64,000 nt of DNA from Azolla caroliniana (lineage: Eukaryota > Plantae > Polypodiophyta), in the NCBI GenBank assembly GCA_043228905.1, contig JBHGNT010000010.1, forward strand, positions 310,001 through 374,000. Reading direction: 5' to 3'. Numbering within the stretch: position 1 is the first letter of the stretch; every line of letters begins with the position of its first letter. The notes beneath the pieces were generated by a model. It did not search any database, was not told where the DNA came from, and saw only the letters and a program-made list of their open reading frames with translations. Below, piece after piece: positions 11,618 to 26,900 of this stretch. The position numbers and the translations under genes are program-made.

Positions 11618-14600
11618 TCTCAACTCCTTCTTCTAACTTGCCAATTTCTTCATGTCTCTCGACCTGAGTTTCAAAATCTTGATTTTTTAATTCCATATCT
11701 TAGGTAGCGTTGTGAGCTTCGAATCGCCAGTTTGAACACAAAAATCCGAGATCACACGAGCCAGGTATGAACATTTTAATTTACTCACGGGCTCTTCTCA
11801 ACTCCCTCTTCTAACTCGCCAATTTCTTCATGTTTCTCGACCTGAGTTTCAAAATGTTGATTTTTTAATTCTATATCATAGGTAGCGTTGTAAGCTTCGA
11901 TTCGCATCTTTGAACACATAAATCCGGGATCACACGAGCCAGGTATGAACATTTTAATTTACTCACGCGCTCTTCTCAACTCCCTCTTCAAAATTGGTAA
12001 TTGCTTCATGTCTCTCGACCTGAGTTTCAAAGTCTTAATTTTTTAATTCCATATCATAGGTAGCGTTGTTAGCTTCGATTCGCATGTTTGAACACAGAAA
12101 TCCGGGATCACACGAGCCAGGTATGAACATTTTAATTTACTCACGGGCTCCTCTCAAGTCCTTCTTCTAACTTGCCAATTTCTTCATGTCTCTCGACCTG
12201 AGTTTCAAAATCTTGATTTTTTAATTCCATATCATAGGTAGCGTTGTTAGCTTCGATTTGCATCTTTGAACACAAAAATCCGGGATCACATGACCCAGGT
12301 ATGAACATTTTAATTTACTCACGCGCTCTTCTTAACTCCCTCTTCAAATTTGGTAATTGCTTCATGTCTCTCGACCTGAGTTTCAAAATCTTGATTTTTT
12401 TATTCTATATCATAGGTAGCGTTGTTAGCTTCGAATCACATGTTTAAACACAAAAATCCAGGATCACACGACACAGGTATGAACATTTTAATTTACTCAC
12501 GGGCTCCTCTCAACTCCCTCCTCAAATTTGATAATTTCTTCATGTCTCTCGACCTGAGTTTCAATATCTTGATTTTTTAATTCCATAGTCTAGGTAGCGT
12601 TGTTAGCTTCGAATCGCAAGTTTGAACACAAAAATACGAGATCACACGAGCCAGGTATGAACATTTTAATTTACTCACGCGCTCCTCTCAACTCCTTCTT
12701 CTAACTTGTTACTTTCTTCATGTCTCTCGACCTGAGTTTCAAAATCTTGATTTTTTAATTCCATATCATAGGTAGCGTTGTTAGCTTCGATTCGCATCTT
12801 TGAACACAAAAATCCGGGATCACACGAGCCAGGTATGAACATTTTAATCTACTCACGCGCTCTTCTCAACTCCCTCTTCAAATTTGGTAATTTCTTCATG
12901 TCTCTCGACCTGAGTTTCAAAATCTTGATTGTTTAATTCCATATCATAGGTAGCGTTGTTAGCTTCGAATCGCAAGTTTGAACACAAAAATCCGAGATCA
13001 CACGAGCCAGGTATGAACATTTTAATTTACTCACGGGCTCTTCTCAACTCCCTCTTCTAACTTACCAATTTCTTCATGTCTCTCGACCTGAGTTTCAAAA
13101 TCTTGATTTTTTTATTCCATATCATAGGTAGCGTTGTTAGCTTCGAATCACATGTTTGAACACAAAAATCCAGGATCACACGAGCCAGGTATGAACATTT
13201 TAATTTACTCACGGGCTCCTCTCAACTCCCTCCTCAAATTTGGTAATTTCTTCATGTCTCTCGACCTGAGTTTCAAAATCTTGATTTTTTAATTCCATGT
13301 CATAGGTAGCATTGTTATCTTCGATTCGCATGTTTGAACACAGAAATCCGGGATCACACGAGCCAGGTATGAACATTTTAATTTACTCATGGGCTCCTCT
13401 CAACTCCCTCTTCTAACTTGCCAATTTCTTCATGTCTGTCGACCTGAGTTTCAAAATCTTGATTTTTTTATTCTATATCATAGGTAGCGTTGTTAGCTTC
13501 GATTCGCATCTTTGAACACAAAAATCCGGGATCACACGAGCCAGGTATGAACATTTTAATTTACTCACGGGCTCCTCTCAACTCCTTCTTCTAACTTGCC
13601 AATTTCTTCATGTCTCTCGACCTGAGTTTCAAAATCTTGATTTTTTAATTCCATATCTTAGGTAGCGTTGTGAGCTTCGAATCGCCAGTTTGAACACAAA
13701 AATCCGAGATCACACGAGCCAGGTATGAACATTTTAATTTACTCACGGGCTCTTCTCAACTCCCTCTTCTAACTCGCCAATTTCTTCATGTTTCTCGACC
13801 TGAGTTTCAAAATGTTGATTTTTTAATTCTATATCATAGGTAGCGTTGTTAGCTTCGATTCGCATCTTTGAACACATAAATCCGGGATCACACGAGCCAG
13901 GTATGAACATTTTAATTTACTCACGCGCTCTTCTCAACTCCCTCTTCAAAATTGGTAATTGCTTCATGTCTCTCGACCTGAGTTTCAAAGTCTTGATTTT
14001 TTAATTCCATATCATAGGTAGCGTTGTTAGCTTCGATTCGCATGTTTGAACACAGAAATCCGGGATCACACGAGCCAGGTATGAACATTTTAATTTACTC
14101 ACGGGCTCCTCTCAAGTCCTTCTTCTAACTTGCCAATTTCTTCATGTCTCTCGACCTGAGTTTCAAAATCTTGATTTTTTAATTCCATATCATAGGTAGC
14201 GTTGTTAGCTTCGATTTGCATCTTTGAACACAAAAATCCGGGATCACATGACCCAGGTATGAACATTTTAATTTACTCACGCGCTCTTCTTAACTCCCTC
14301 TTCAAATTTGGTAATTGCTTCATGTCTCTCGACCTGAGTTTCAAAATCTTGATTTTTTTATTCTATATCATAGGTAGCGTTGTTAGCTTCGAATCACATG
14401 TTTAAACACAAAAATCCAGGATCACACGACACAGGTATGAACATTTTAATTTACTCACGGGCTCCTCTCAACTCCCTCCTCAAATTTGATAATTTCTTCA
14501 TGTCTCTCGACCTGAGTTTCAATATCTTGATTTTTTAATTCCATAGTCTAGGTAGCGTTGTTAGCTTCGAATCGCAAGTTTGAACACAAAAATACGAGAT

Positions 14601-15606
14601 CACACGAGCCAGGTATGAACATTTTAATTTACTCACGCGCTCCTCTCAACTCCTTCTTCTAACTTGTTACTTTCTTCATGTCTCTCGACCTGAGTTTCAA
14701 AATCTTGATTTTTTAATTCCATATCATAGGTAGCGTTGTTAGCTTCGATTCGCATCTTTGAACACAAAAATCCGGGATCACACGAGCCAGGTATGAACAT
14801 TTTAATCTACTCACGCGCTCTTCTCAACTCCCTCTTCAAATTTGGTAATTTCTTCATGTCTCTCGACCTGAGTTTCAAAATCTTGATTGTTTAATTCCAT
14901 ATCATAGGTAGCGTTGTTAGCTTCGAATCGCAAGTTTGAACACAAAAATCCGAGATCACACGAGCCAGGTATGAACATTTTAATTTACTCACGGGCTCTT
15001 CTCAACTCCCTCTTCTAACTTACCAATTTCTTCATGTCTCTCGACCTGAGTTTCAAAATCTTGATTTTTTTATTCCATATCATAGGTAGCGTTGTTAGCT
15101 TCGAATCACATGTTTGAACACAAAAATCCAGGATCACACGAGCCAGGTATGAACATTTTAATTTACTCACGGGCTCCTCTCAACTCCCTCCTCAAATTTG
15201 GTAATTTCTTCATGTCTCTCGACCTGAGTTTCAAAATCTTGATTTTTTAATTCCATGTCATAGGTAGCATTGTTATCTTCGATTCGCATGTTTGAACACA
15301 GAAATCCGGGATCACACGAGCCAGGTATGAACATTTTAATTTACTCATGGGCTCCTCTCAACTCCCTCTTCTAACTTGCCAATTTCTTCATGTCTGTCGA
15401 CCTGAGTTTCAAAATCTTGATTTTTTTATTCTATATCATAGGTAGCGTTGTTAGCTTCGATTCGCATCTTTGAACACAAAAATCCGGGATCACACGAGCC
15501 AGGTATGAACATTTTAATTTACTCACGGGCTCCTCTCAACTCCTTCTTCTAACTTGCCAATTTCTTCATGTCTCTCGACCTGAGTTTCAAAATCTTGATT
15601 TTTTAA
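11618..15606 (+). repeat. 11-monomer higher-order repeat (1,958 bp), two tandem copies
   Basis: Private variants (tgtgagcttcgaatcgccag, aactcgcc, caagtcc, aaatacgag, cttgttact, cttaccaa) recur at +1958. ORFs 12244/14202. Confidence 0.92.
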
Positions 15607-18600
15607 CTCCATATCATAGGTAGCGTTGTTAGCTTCGATTCGCATCTTTGAACACAAAAATCCGGGATCACACGAGCCAGGTATGAACATTTTAATTTAC
15701 TCACGCGCTCTTCTCAACTCCCTCTTCAAATTTGGTAATTGCTTCATGTCTCTCGACCTGAGTTTCAAAATCTTGATTTTTTTATTCTATATCATAGGTA
15801 GCGTTGTTAGCTTCGAATCACATGTTTGAACACAAAAATCCAGGATCACACGAGCCAGGTATGAACATTTTAATTTACTCACGGGCTCCTCTCAACTCCC
15901 TCCTCAAATTTGGTAATTTCTTCATGTCTCTCGACCTGAGTTTCAATATCTTGATTTTTTAATTCCATATCTTAGGTAGCGTTGTTAGCTTCGAATCGCA
16001 AGTTTGAACACAAAAATCCGATATCACACGAGCCAGGTATGAACATTTTAAATTAGTCACGGGCTCCTCTCAACTCCCTCTTCTAACTTGCCAATTTCTT
16101 CATGTCTCTCGACCTGAGTTTCAAAATCTTGATTTTTTAATTCCATATCATAGGTAGCGTTGTTAGCTTCGATTCTCATGTTTGAACACAGAAATCCGGG
16201 ATCACACGAGCCTGGTATGAACATTTTAATTTACTCACGGGCTCCTCTCAACTCCTTCTTCTAACTTGCCAATTTCTTCATGTCTCTCGACCTGAGTTTC
16301 AAAATCTTGATTTTTTAACTCCATATCATAGGTAGCGTTGTTAGCTTCGATTCGCATCTTTGAACACAAAAATCCAGGATCACACGAGCCAGGTATGAAC
16401 ATTTTAATTTACTCACGCGCTCTTCTCAACTCCCTCTTCAAATTTGGTAATTGCTTCATGTCTCTCGACCTGAGTTTCAAAATCTTGATTTTTTTATTCC
16501 ATATCATAGGTAGCGTTGTTAGCTTCGAATCACATGTTTGAACACAAAAATCCAGGATCACACGAGCCAGGTATGAACATTTTAATTTACTCACGGGCTC
16601 CTCTCAACTCCCTCCTCAAATTTGGTAATTTCTTCATGTCTCTCGACCTGAGTTTCAATATCTTGATTTTTTAATTCCATATCTTAGGTAGCGTTGTTAG
16701 CTTCGAATCGCAAGTTTGAACACAAAAATCCGATATCACATGGGCCAGGTATGAACATTTTAATTTACTCACGCGCTCCTCTCAACCCCTTCTTCTAACT
16801 TGCCAATTTCTTCATGTCTCTCGACCTGAGTTTCAAAATCTTGATTTTTTAATTCCATATCATAGGTAGCGTTGTTAGCTTCGAATCGCATCTTTGAACA
16901 CATAAATCCGGGATCACACGAGCCAGGTATGAACATTTTAATTTACTCACGCGCTCTTCTCAACTCCCTCTTCAAAATTGGTAATTGCTTCATGTCTCTC
17001 GACCTGAGTTTCAAAGTCTTGATTTTTTAATTCCATATCATAGGTAGCGTTGTTAGCTTCGATTCGCATGTTTGAACACAGAAATCCGGGATCACACGAG
17101 CCAGGTATGAACATTTTAATTTACTCACGGGCTCCTCTCAAGTCCTTCTTCTAACTTGCCAATTTCTTCATGTCTCTCGACCTGAGTTTCAAAATCTTGA
17201 TTTTTTAATTCCATATCATAGGTAGCGTTGTTAGCTTCGATTTGCATCTTTGAACACAAAAATCCGGGATCACATGACCCAGGTATGAACATTTTAATTT
17301 ACTCACGCGCTCTTCTTAACTCCCTCTTCAAATTTGGTAATTGCTTCATGTCTCTCGACCTGAGTTTCAAAATCTTGATTTTTTTATTCTATATCATAGG
17401 TAGCGTTGTTAGCTTCGAATCACATGTTTAAACACAAAAATCCAGGATCACACGAGACAGGTATGAACAGTTTAATTTACTCACGGGCTCCTCTCAACTC
17501 CCTCCTCAAATTTGATAATTTCTTCATGTCTCTCGACCTGAGTTTCAATATCTTGATTTTTTAATTCCATAGTCTAGGTAGCGTTGTTAGCTTCGAATCG
17601 CAAGTTTGAACACAAAAATACGAGATCACACGAGCCAGGTATGAACATTTTAATTTACTCACGCGCTCCTCTCAACTCCTTCTTCTAACTTGTTACTTTC
17701 TTCATGTCTCTCGACCTGAGTTTCAAAATCTTGATTTTTTAATTCCATATCATAGGTAGCGTTGTTAGCTTCGATTCGCATCTTTGAACACAAAAATCCG
17801 GGATCACACGAGCCAGGTATGAACATTTTAATCTACTCACGCGCTCTTCTCAACTCCCTCTTCAAATTTGGTAATTTCTTCATGTCTCTCGACCTGAGTT
17901 TCAAAATCTTGATTGTTTAATTCCATATCATAGGTAGCGTTGTTAGCTTCGAATCGCAAGTTTGAACACAAAAATCCGAGATCACACGAGCCAGGTATGA
18001 ACATTTTAATTTACTCACGGGCTCTTCTCAACTCCCTCTTCTAACTTACCAATTTCTTCATGTCTCTCGACCTGAGTTTCAAAATCTTGATTTTTTTATT
18101 CCATATCATAGGTAGCGTTGTTAGCTTCGAATCACATGTTTGAACACAAAAATCCAGGATCACACGAGCCAGGTATGAACATTTTAATTTACTCACGGGC
18201 TCCTCTCAACTCCCTCCTCAAATTTGGTAATTTCTTCATGTCTCTCGACCTGAGTTTCAAAATCTTGATTTTTTAATTCCATGTCATAGGTAGCATTGTT
18301 ATCTTCGATTCGCATGTTTGAACACAGAAATCTGGGATCACACGAGCCAGGTATGAACATTTTAATTTACTCATGGGCTCCTCTCAACTCCCTCTTCTAA
18401 CTTGCCAATTTCTTCATGTCTGTCGACCTGAGTTTCAAAATCTTGATTTTTTTATTCTATATCATAGGTAGCGTTGTTAGCTTCGATTCGCATCTTTGAA
18501 CACAAAAATCCGGGATCACACGAGCCAGGTATGAACATTTTAATTTACTCACTGGCTCCTCTCAACTCCTTCTTCTAACTTGCCAATTTCTTCATGTCTC

Positions 18601-20620
18601 TCGACCTGAGTTTCAAAATCTTGATTTTTTAACTCCATATCATAGGTAGCGTTGTTAGCTTCGATTCGCATCTTTGAACACAAAAATCCGGGATCACACG
18701 AGCCAGGTATGAACATTTTAATTTACTCACGCGCTCTTCTCAACTCCCTCTTCAAATTTGGTAATTGCTTCATGTCTCTCGACCTGAGTTTCAAAATCTT
18801 GATTTTTTTATTCTATATCATAGGTAGCGTTGTTAGCTTCGAATCACATGTTTGAACACAAAAATCCAGGATCACACGAGCCAGGTATGAACATTTTAAT
18901 TTACTCACGGGCTCCTCTCAACTCCCTCCTCAAATTTGGTAATTTCTTCATGTCTCTCGACCTGAGTTTCAATATCTTGATTTTTTAATTCCATATCTTA
19001 GGTAGCGTTGTTAGCTTCGAATCGCAAGTTTGAACACAAAAATCCGATATCACACGAGCCAGGTATGAACATTTTAAATTAGTCACGGGCTCCTCTCAAC
19101 TCCCTCTTCTAACTTGCCAATTTCTTCATGTCTCTCGACCTGAGTTTCAAAATCTTGATTTTTTAATTCCATATCATAGGTAGCGTTGTTAGCTTCGATT
19201 CTCATGTTTGAACACAGAAATCCGGGATCACACGAGCCTGGTATGAACATTTTAATTTACTCACGGGCTCCTCTCAACTCCTTCTTCTAACTTGCCAATT
19301 TCTTCATGTCTCTCGACCTGAGTTTCAAAATCTTGATTTTTTAACTCCATATCATAGGTAGCGTTGTTAGCTTCGATTCGCATCTTTGAACACAAAAATC
19401 CGGGATCACACGAGCCAGGTATGAACATTTTAATTTACTCACGCGCTCTTCTCAACTCCCTCTTCAAATTTGGTAATTGCTTCATGTCTCTCGACCTGAG
19501 TTTCAAAATCTTGATTTTTTTATTCTATATCATAGGTAGCGTTGTTAGCTTCGAATCACATGTTTGAACACAAAAATCCAGGATCACACGAGCCAGGTAT
19601 GAACATTTTAATTTACTCACGGGCTCCTCTCAACTCCCTCCTCAAATTTGGTAATTTCTTCATGTCTCTCGACCTGAGTTTCAATATCTTGATTTTTTAA
19701 TTCCATATCTTAGGTAGCGTTGTTAGCTTCGAATCGCAAGTTTGAACACAAAAATCCGATATCACACGAGCCAGGTATGAACATTTTAAATTAGTCACGG
19801 GCTCCTCTCAACTCCCTCTTCTAACTTGCCAATTTCTTCATGTCTCTCGACCTGAGTTTCAAAATCTTGATTTTTTAATTCCATATCATAGGTAGCGTTG
19901 TTAGCTTCGATTCTCATGTTTGAACACAGAAATCCGGGATCACACGAGCCTGGTATGAACATTTTAATTTACTCACGGGCTCCTCTCAACTCCTTCTTCT
20001 AACTTGCCAATTTCTTCATGTCTCTCGACCTGAGTTTCAAAATCTTGATTTTTTAACTCCATATCATAGGTAGCGTTGTTAGCTTCGATTCGCATCTTTG
20101 AACACAAAAATCCAGGATCACACGAGCCAGGTATGAACATTTTAATTTACTCACGCGCTCTTCTCAACTCCCTCTTCAAATTTGGTAATTGCTTCATGTC
20201 TCTCGACCTGAGTTTCAAAATCTTGATTTTTTTATTCCATATCATAGGTAGCGTTGTTAGCTTCGAATCACATGTTTGAATACAAAAATCCAGGATCACA
20301 CGAGCCAGGTATGAACATTTTAATTTACTCACGGGCTCCTCTCAACTCCCTCCTCAAATTTGGTAATTTCTTCATGTCTCTCGACCTGAGTTTCAATATC
20401 TTGATTTTTTAATTCCATATCTTAGGTAGCGTTGTTAGCTTCGAATCGCAAGTTTGAACACAAAAATCCGATATCACATGGGCCAGGTATGAACATTTTA
20501 ATTTACTCACGGGCTCCTCTCAACCCCTTCTTCTAACTTGCCAATTTCTTCATGTCTCTCGACCTGAGTTTCAAAATCTTGATTTTTTAATTCCATATCA
20601 TAGGTAGCGTTGTTAGCTTC
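13860..20620 (+). repeat. 17-monomer duplication (3,026 bp) with a nested 4-monomer (712 bp) repeat expanded by one unit in the second copy
   Basis: ORFs 14202/17228 and 15626/18652 are +3026. ORFs 15626/16338 and 18652/19364/20076 are +712. ORFs 16338/20076 are +3738. Confidence 0.88.
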
Positions 20621-20829
20621 GATTCGCATCTTTGAACACAAAAATCCGGGATCACATGAGCCAGGTATGAACATTTTAATTTACTCACGCGCTCTTCTCA
20701 ACTCCCTCTTCAAATTTGGTAATTGCTTCATGTCTCTCGACCTGAGTTTCAAAATCTTGATTTTTTTTTTCTATATCATAGGTAGCGTTGTTAGCTTCGA
20801 ATCACATGTTTGAACACAAAAATCCAGGA

Positions 20830-20911
20830 TCACACGAGCCAGGTATGAACATTTTAATTTACTCACGGGCTCACACGAGCCAGGTATGAATATTTTAATT
20901 TACTCACGGGC
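20830..20911 (+). repeat. 41-bp tandem duplication inside a monomer (219-bp unit)
   Basis: tcacacgagccaggtatgaa(c/t)attttaatttactcacgggc occurs twice. ORF offset 20610 to 21185 = 3x178+41. Confidence 0.92.
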
Positions 20912-23289
20912 TCCTCTCAACTCCTTCTTCTAACTTGTTACTTTCTTCATGTCTCTCGACCTGAGTTTCAAAATCTTGATTTTTTAATTCTATATCATAG
21001 GTTGCGTTGTTAGCTTCGATTCGCATCTTTGAACACAAAAATCCGGGATCACACGAGCCAGGTATGAACATTTTAATTTACTCACGCGCTCTTCTCAACT
21101 CCTTCTTCAAATTTGGTAATTGCTTCATGTCTCTCGACCTGAGGTTCAAAATCTTGATTTTTTAATTCCATATCATAGGTAGCGTTGTTAGCTTCGATTC
21201 GCATCTTTGAACACATAAAACCGGGATCACACGAGCCAGGTATGAACATTTTAATTTACTCACGCGCTCTTCTCAACTCCCTCCTCAAATTTGGTAATTT
21301 CTTCATGTCTCTCGAGCTGAGTTTCAAAATCTTGATTTTTTTATTCTATATCATAGGTAGCGTTGTTAGCTTCGAATCACATGTTTGAACACAAAAATCC
21401 GGGATCACACGAGCCAGGTATGAACATTTTAATTTACTCACGGGCTCCTCTCAACTCCCTCCTCAAATTTGGTAATTTCTTCATGTCTCTCGACCTGAGT
21501 TTCAATATCTTGATTTTTTAATTCCATAGTCTAGGTAGCGTTATTAGCTTCGAATCGCAAGTTTGAACACAAAAATCCGAGATCACACGAGCCACGTATG
21601 AACATTTTAAATTAGTCACGGGCTCTTCTCAACTCCTTCTTCTAACTTGCCAATTTCTTCATGTCTCTCGACCTGAGTTTCAAAATCTTGATTTTTTAAT
21701 TCCATATCATAGGTAGCGTTGTTAGCTTCGAATCGCAAGTTTGAACACAAAAATCCGATATCACATGGGCCAGGTATGAACATTTTAATTTACTCACGGG
21801 CTCCTCTCAACTCCTTCTTCTAACTTGCCAATTTCTTCATGTCTCTCGACCTGAGTTTCAAAATCTTGATTTTTTAATTCCATATCATAGGTAGCGTTGT
21901 TAGCTTCGATTCGCATCTTTGAACACAAAAATCCGGGATCACACGAGCCAGGTATGAACATTTTAATTCACTCACGCGCTCTTCTCAACTCCCTCTTCAA
22001 ATTTGGTAATTTCTTCATGTCTCTCGACCTGAGTTTCAAAATCTTGATTGTTTAATTCCATATCATAGGTAGCGTTGTTAGCTTCGATTCGCAAGTTTGA
22101 ACACAAAAATCCGAGATCACACGAGCCAGGTATGAACATTTTAATTTACTCACGCGCTCTTCTCAACTCCCTCTTCAAATTTGGTAATTTCTTCATGTCT
22201 CTCGACCTGAGTTTCAAAATCTTGATTTTTTAATTCCATATCATAGGTAGCGTTTTTACCTTCGATTCGCATCTTTGAACACAAAAATCCGGGATCACAC
22301 GAGCCAGGTATGAACATTTTAATTTACTCACGCGCTCTTCTCAACTCCCTCTTCAAATTTGGTAATTGCTTCATGTCTCTCGACCTGAGTTTCAAAATCT
22401 TGATTTTTTAATTCCATATCATAGGTAGCGTTGTTAGTTTCGATTCGCATCTTTGAACACAGAAATCCGGGATCACACGAGCCAGGTATGAACATTTTAA
22501 TTTACTCACGCGCTCCTCTCAACTCCCTCTTCAAATTTGGTAATTGCTTCATGTCTCTCGACCTGAGTTTCAAAATCTTGATTTTTTTATTCTATATCAT
22601 AGGTAGCGTTGTTAGCTTCGAATCACATGTTTGAACACAAAAATCCAGGATCACACGAGCCAGGTATGAACATTTTAATTTACTCACGGGCTCCTCTCAA
22701 CTCCCTCCTCAAATTTGGTAATTTCTTCATGTCTCTCGACCTGAGTTTCAATATCTTGATTTTTTAATTCCATATCTTAGGTAGCGTTGTTAGCTTCGAA
22801 TCGCAAGTTTGAACACAAAAATCCGATATCACATGGGCCAGGTATGAACATTTTAATTTACTCACGGGCTCCTCTCAACCCCTTCTTCTAACTTGCCAAT
22901 TTCTTCATGTCTCTCGACCTGAGTGTCAGAATCTTGATTTTTTAATTCCATATCATAGGTAGCGTTGTTAGCTTCGATTCTCATCTTTGAACACAAAAAT
23001 CCGGGATCACACGAGCCAGGTATGAACATTTTAATTCACTCACGCGCTCTTCTCAACTCCCTCTTCAAATTTGGTAATTTCTTCATGTCTCTCGACCTGA
23101 GTTTCAAAATCTTGATTGTTTAATTCCATATCATAGGTAGCGTTGTTAGCTTCGATTCGCAAGTTTGAACACAAAAATCCGAGATCACACGAGCCAGGTA
23201 TGAACATTTTAATTACTCATGCGCTCTTCTCAACTCCCTCCTAAAATTTGGTAATTTCTTCATGTCTCTCGACCTGAGTTTCAAAATCT

Positions 23290-23320
23290 TGATTTTTTAA
23301 TTCCAGGTATGAACATTTTA
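23290..23320 (+). repeat. 68-bp deletion junction (110-bp monomer), second copy at ~32776
   Basis: ttttttaattCCAggtatgaac joins aattcca to gagccagg through CCA. Confidence 0.9.
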
Positions 23321-23939
23321 ATTTACTCACGGGCTCCTCTCAACTCCTTCTTCTAACTTGCCAATTTCTTCATGTCTCTCGACCTGAGTTTCAAAATCTT
23401 GATTTTTTAACTCCATATCATAGGTAGCGTTGTTAGCTTCGATTCGCAAGTTTGAACACAAAAATCCGAGATCACACGAGCCAGGTATGAACATTTTAAT
23501 TACTCATGCGCTCTTCTCAACTCCCTCTTCAAATTTGGTAATTTCTTCATGTCTCTCGACCTGAGTTTCAAAATCTTGATTTTTTAATTCCATATCATAG
23601 GTAGCGTTGTTAGCTTCGAATCACAAGTTTGAACACAAAAATCCGATATCACATGGGCCAGGTATGAACATTTTAATTTACTCACGGGCTCCTCTCAACC
23701 CCTTCTTCTAACTTGCCAATTTCTTCATGTCTCTCGACCTGAGTTTAAAAATCTTGATTTTTTAATTCCATATCATAGGTAGCGTTGTTAGCTTCGATTC
23801 GCATCTTTGAACACAAAAATCCGGGATCACACGAGCCAGGTATGAACATTTTAATTCACTCACGGGCTCCTCTCAACTCCTTCTTCTAACTTGCCAATTT
23901 CTTCATGTCTCTCGACCTGAGTTTCAAAATCTAGATTTT

Positions 23940-26900
23940 TTAATTCCATATCATAGGTAGCGTTGTTAGCTTCGATTCGCATCTTTGAACACATAAATCC
24001 GGGATCACACGAGCCAGGTATGAACATTTTAATTTACTCACGCGCTCTTCTCAACTCCCTCTTCTAACTTGCCAATTTCTTCATGTCTCTCGACCTGAGT
24101 TTCAAAATCTTGATTTTTTAATTCCATATCATAGGTAGCGTTGTTAGCTTCGATTCGCATGTTTGAACACAGAAATCCGGGATCACACGAGCCAGGTATG
24201 AACATTTTAATTTACTCACGGGCTCCTCTCAACTCCCTCCTCAAATTTGGTAATTTCTTCATGTCTCTCGACCTGAGTTTCAATATCTTGATTTTTTAAT
24301 TCCATATCTTAGGTAGCGTTGTTAGCTTCGAATCGCAAGTTTGAACACAAAAATCCGATATCACATGGGCCAGGTATGAACATTTTAATTTACTCACGGG
24401 CTCCTCTCAACCCCTTCTTCTAACTTGCCAATTTCTTCATGTCTCTCGACCTGAGTTTCAAAATCTTGATTTTTTAATTCCATATCATAGGTAGCGTTGT
24501 TAGCTTCGATTCGCATCTTTAAACACAAAAATCCGGGATCACACGAGCCAGGTATGAACATTTTAATTCACTCACGCGCTCTTCTCAACTCCCTCTTCAA
24601 ATTTGGTAATTTCTTCATGTCTCTCGACCTGAGTTTCAAAATCTTGATTGTTTAATTCCATATCATAGGTAGCGTTGTTAGCTTCGATTCGCATGTTTGA
24701 ACACAGAAATCCGGGATCACACGAGCTGGGTATGAACATTTTAATTTATTCACGCGCTCTTCTCAACTCCCTCCTCAAATTTGGTAATTTCTTCATGTCT
24801 CTCGACCTGAGTTTCAAAATCTTGATTTTTTAATTCTATATCATAGCTAGCATTGTTAGCTTCGATTCGTATCTTTGAACACAAAAATCCGGGATCACAC
24901 GAGCCAGGTATGAACATTTTAATTTACTCACGCGCTCTTCTCAACTCCCTCCTCAAATTTGGTAGTTTCTTCATGTCTCTCGACCTGAGTTTCAAAATCT
25001 TGATTTTTTAACTCCATATCATAGGTAGCGTTGTTAGCTTCGATTCGCAAGTTTGAACACAAAAATCCGAGATCACACGAGCCAGGTATGAACATTTTAA
25101 TTACTCATGCGCTCTTCTCAACTCCCTCTTCAAATTTGGTAATTTCTTCATGTCTCTCGACCTGAGTTTCAAAATCTTGATTTTTTAATTCCATATCATA
25201 GGTAGCGTTGTTAGCTTCGAATCACATGTTTGAACACAAAAATCCAGGATCACACGAGCCAGGTATGAACATTTTAATTTACTCACGGGCTCCTCTCAAC
25301 TCCCTCCTCAAATTTGGTAATTTCTTCATGTCTCTCGACCTGAGTTTCAATATCTTGATTTTTTAATTCCATATCTTAGGTAGCGTTGTTAGCTTCGAAT
25401 CGCAAGTTTGAACACAAAAATCCGATATCACATGGGCCAGGTATGAACATTTTAATTTACTCACGGGCTCCTCTCAACCCCTTCTTCTAACTTGCCAATT
25501 TCTTCATGTCTCTCGACCTGAGTTTAAAAATCTTGATTTTTTAATTCCATATCATAGGTAGCGTTGTTAGCTTCGATTCGCATCTTTGAACACAAAAATC
25601 CGGGATCACACGAGCCAGGTATGAACATTTTAATTCACTCACGCGCTATTCTCAACTCCCTCTTCAAATTTGGTAATTTCTTCATGTCTCTCGACCTGAG
25701 TTTCAAAATCTTGATTGTTTAATTCCATATCATAGGTAGCGTTGTTAGCTTCGATTCGCAAGTTTGAACACAAAAATCCGAGATCACACGAGCCAGGTAT
25801 GAACATTTTAATTACTCATGCGCTCTTCTCAACTCCCTCCTAAAATTTGGTAATTTCTTCATGTCTCTCGACCTGAGTTTCAAAATCTTGATTTTTTAAT
25901 TCCATATCATAGGTAGCGTTTTTACCTTCGATTCGCATGTTTGAACACAAAAATCCGATATCACATGGGCCAGGTATGAACATTTTAATTTACTCACGGG
26001 CTCTTCCCAACTCCCTCTTCTAACTTGCCAATTTCTTCATGTCTCTCGACCTAAGTTTCAAAATCTTGATTTTTTAATTCCATATCATAGGTAGCGTTGT
26101 TAGCTTCGATTCGCATGTTTGAACACAGAAATCCGGGATCACACGAGCCAGGTATGAACATTTCAATTTACTCACGGGCTCCTCTCAACTCCTTCTTCTA
26201 ACTTGCCAATTTCTTCATGTCTCTCGACCTGAGTTTCAAAATCTTGATTTTTTAATTCCATATCATAGGTAGCGTTGTTAGCTTCGATTCGCATCTTTGA
26301 ACACATAAATCCGGGATCACACGAGCCAGGTATGAACATTTTAATTTACTCACGCGCTCTTCTCAACTCCCTCTTCTAACTTGCCAATTTCTTCATGTCT
26401 CTCGACCTGAGTTTCAAAATCTTGATTTTTTAATTCCATATCATAGGTAGCGTTGTTAGCTTCGATTCGCATGTTTGAACACAGAAATCCGGGATCACAC
26501 GAGCCAGGTATGAACATTTTAATTTACTCACGGGCTCCTCTCAACTCCCTCCTCAAATTTGGTAATTTCTTCATGTCTCTCGACCTGAGTTTCAATATCT
26601 TGATTTTTTAATTCCATATCTTAGGTAGCGTTGTTAGCTTCGAATCGCAAGTTTGAACACAAAAATCCGATATCACATGGGCCAGGTATGAACATTTTAA
26701 TTTACTCACGGGCTCCTCTCAACCCCTTCTTCTAACTTGCCAATTTCTTCATGTCTCTCGACCTAAGTTTCAAAATCTTGATTTTTTAATTCCATGTCAT
26801 AGGTAGCGTTGTTAGCTTCGATTCGCATCTTTAAACACAAAAATCCGGGATCACACGAGCCAGGTATGAACATTTTAATTCACTCACGCGCTCTTCTCAA

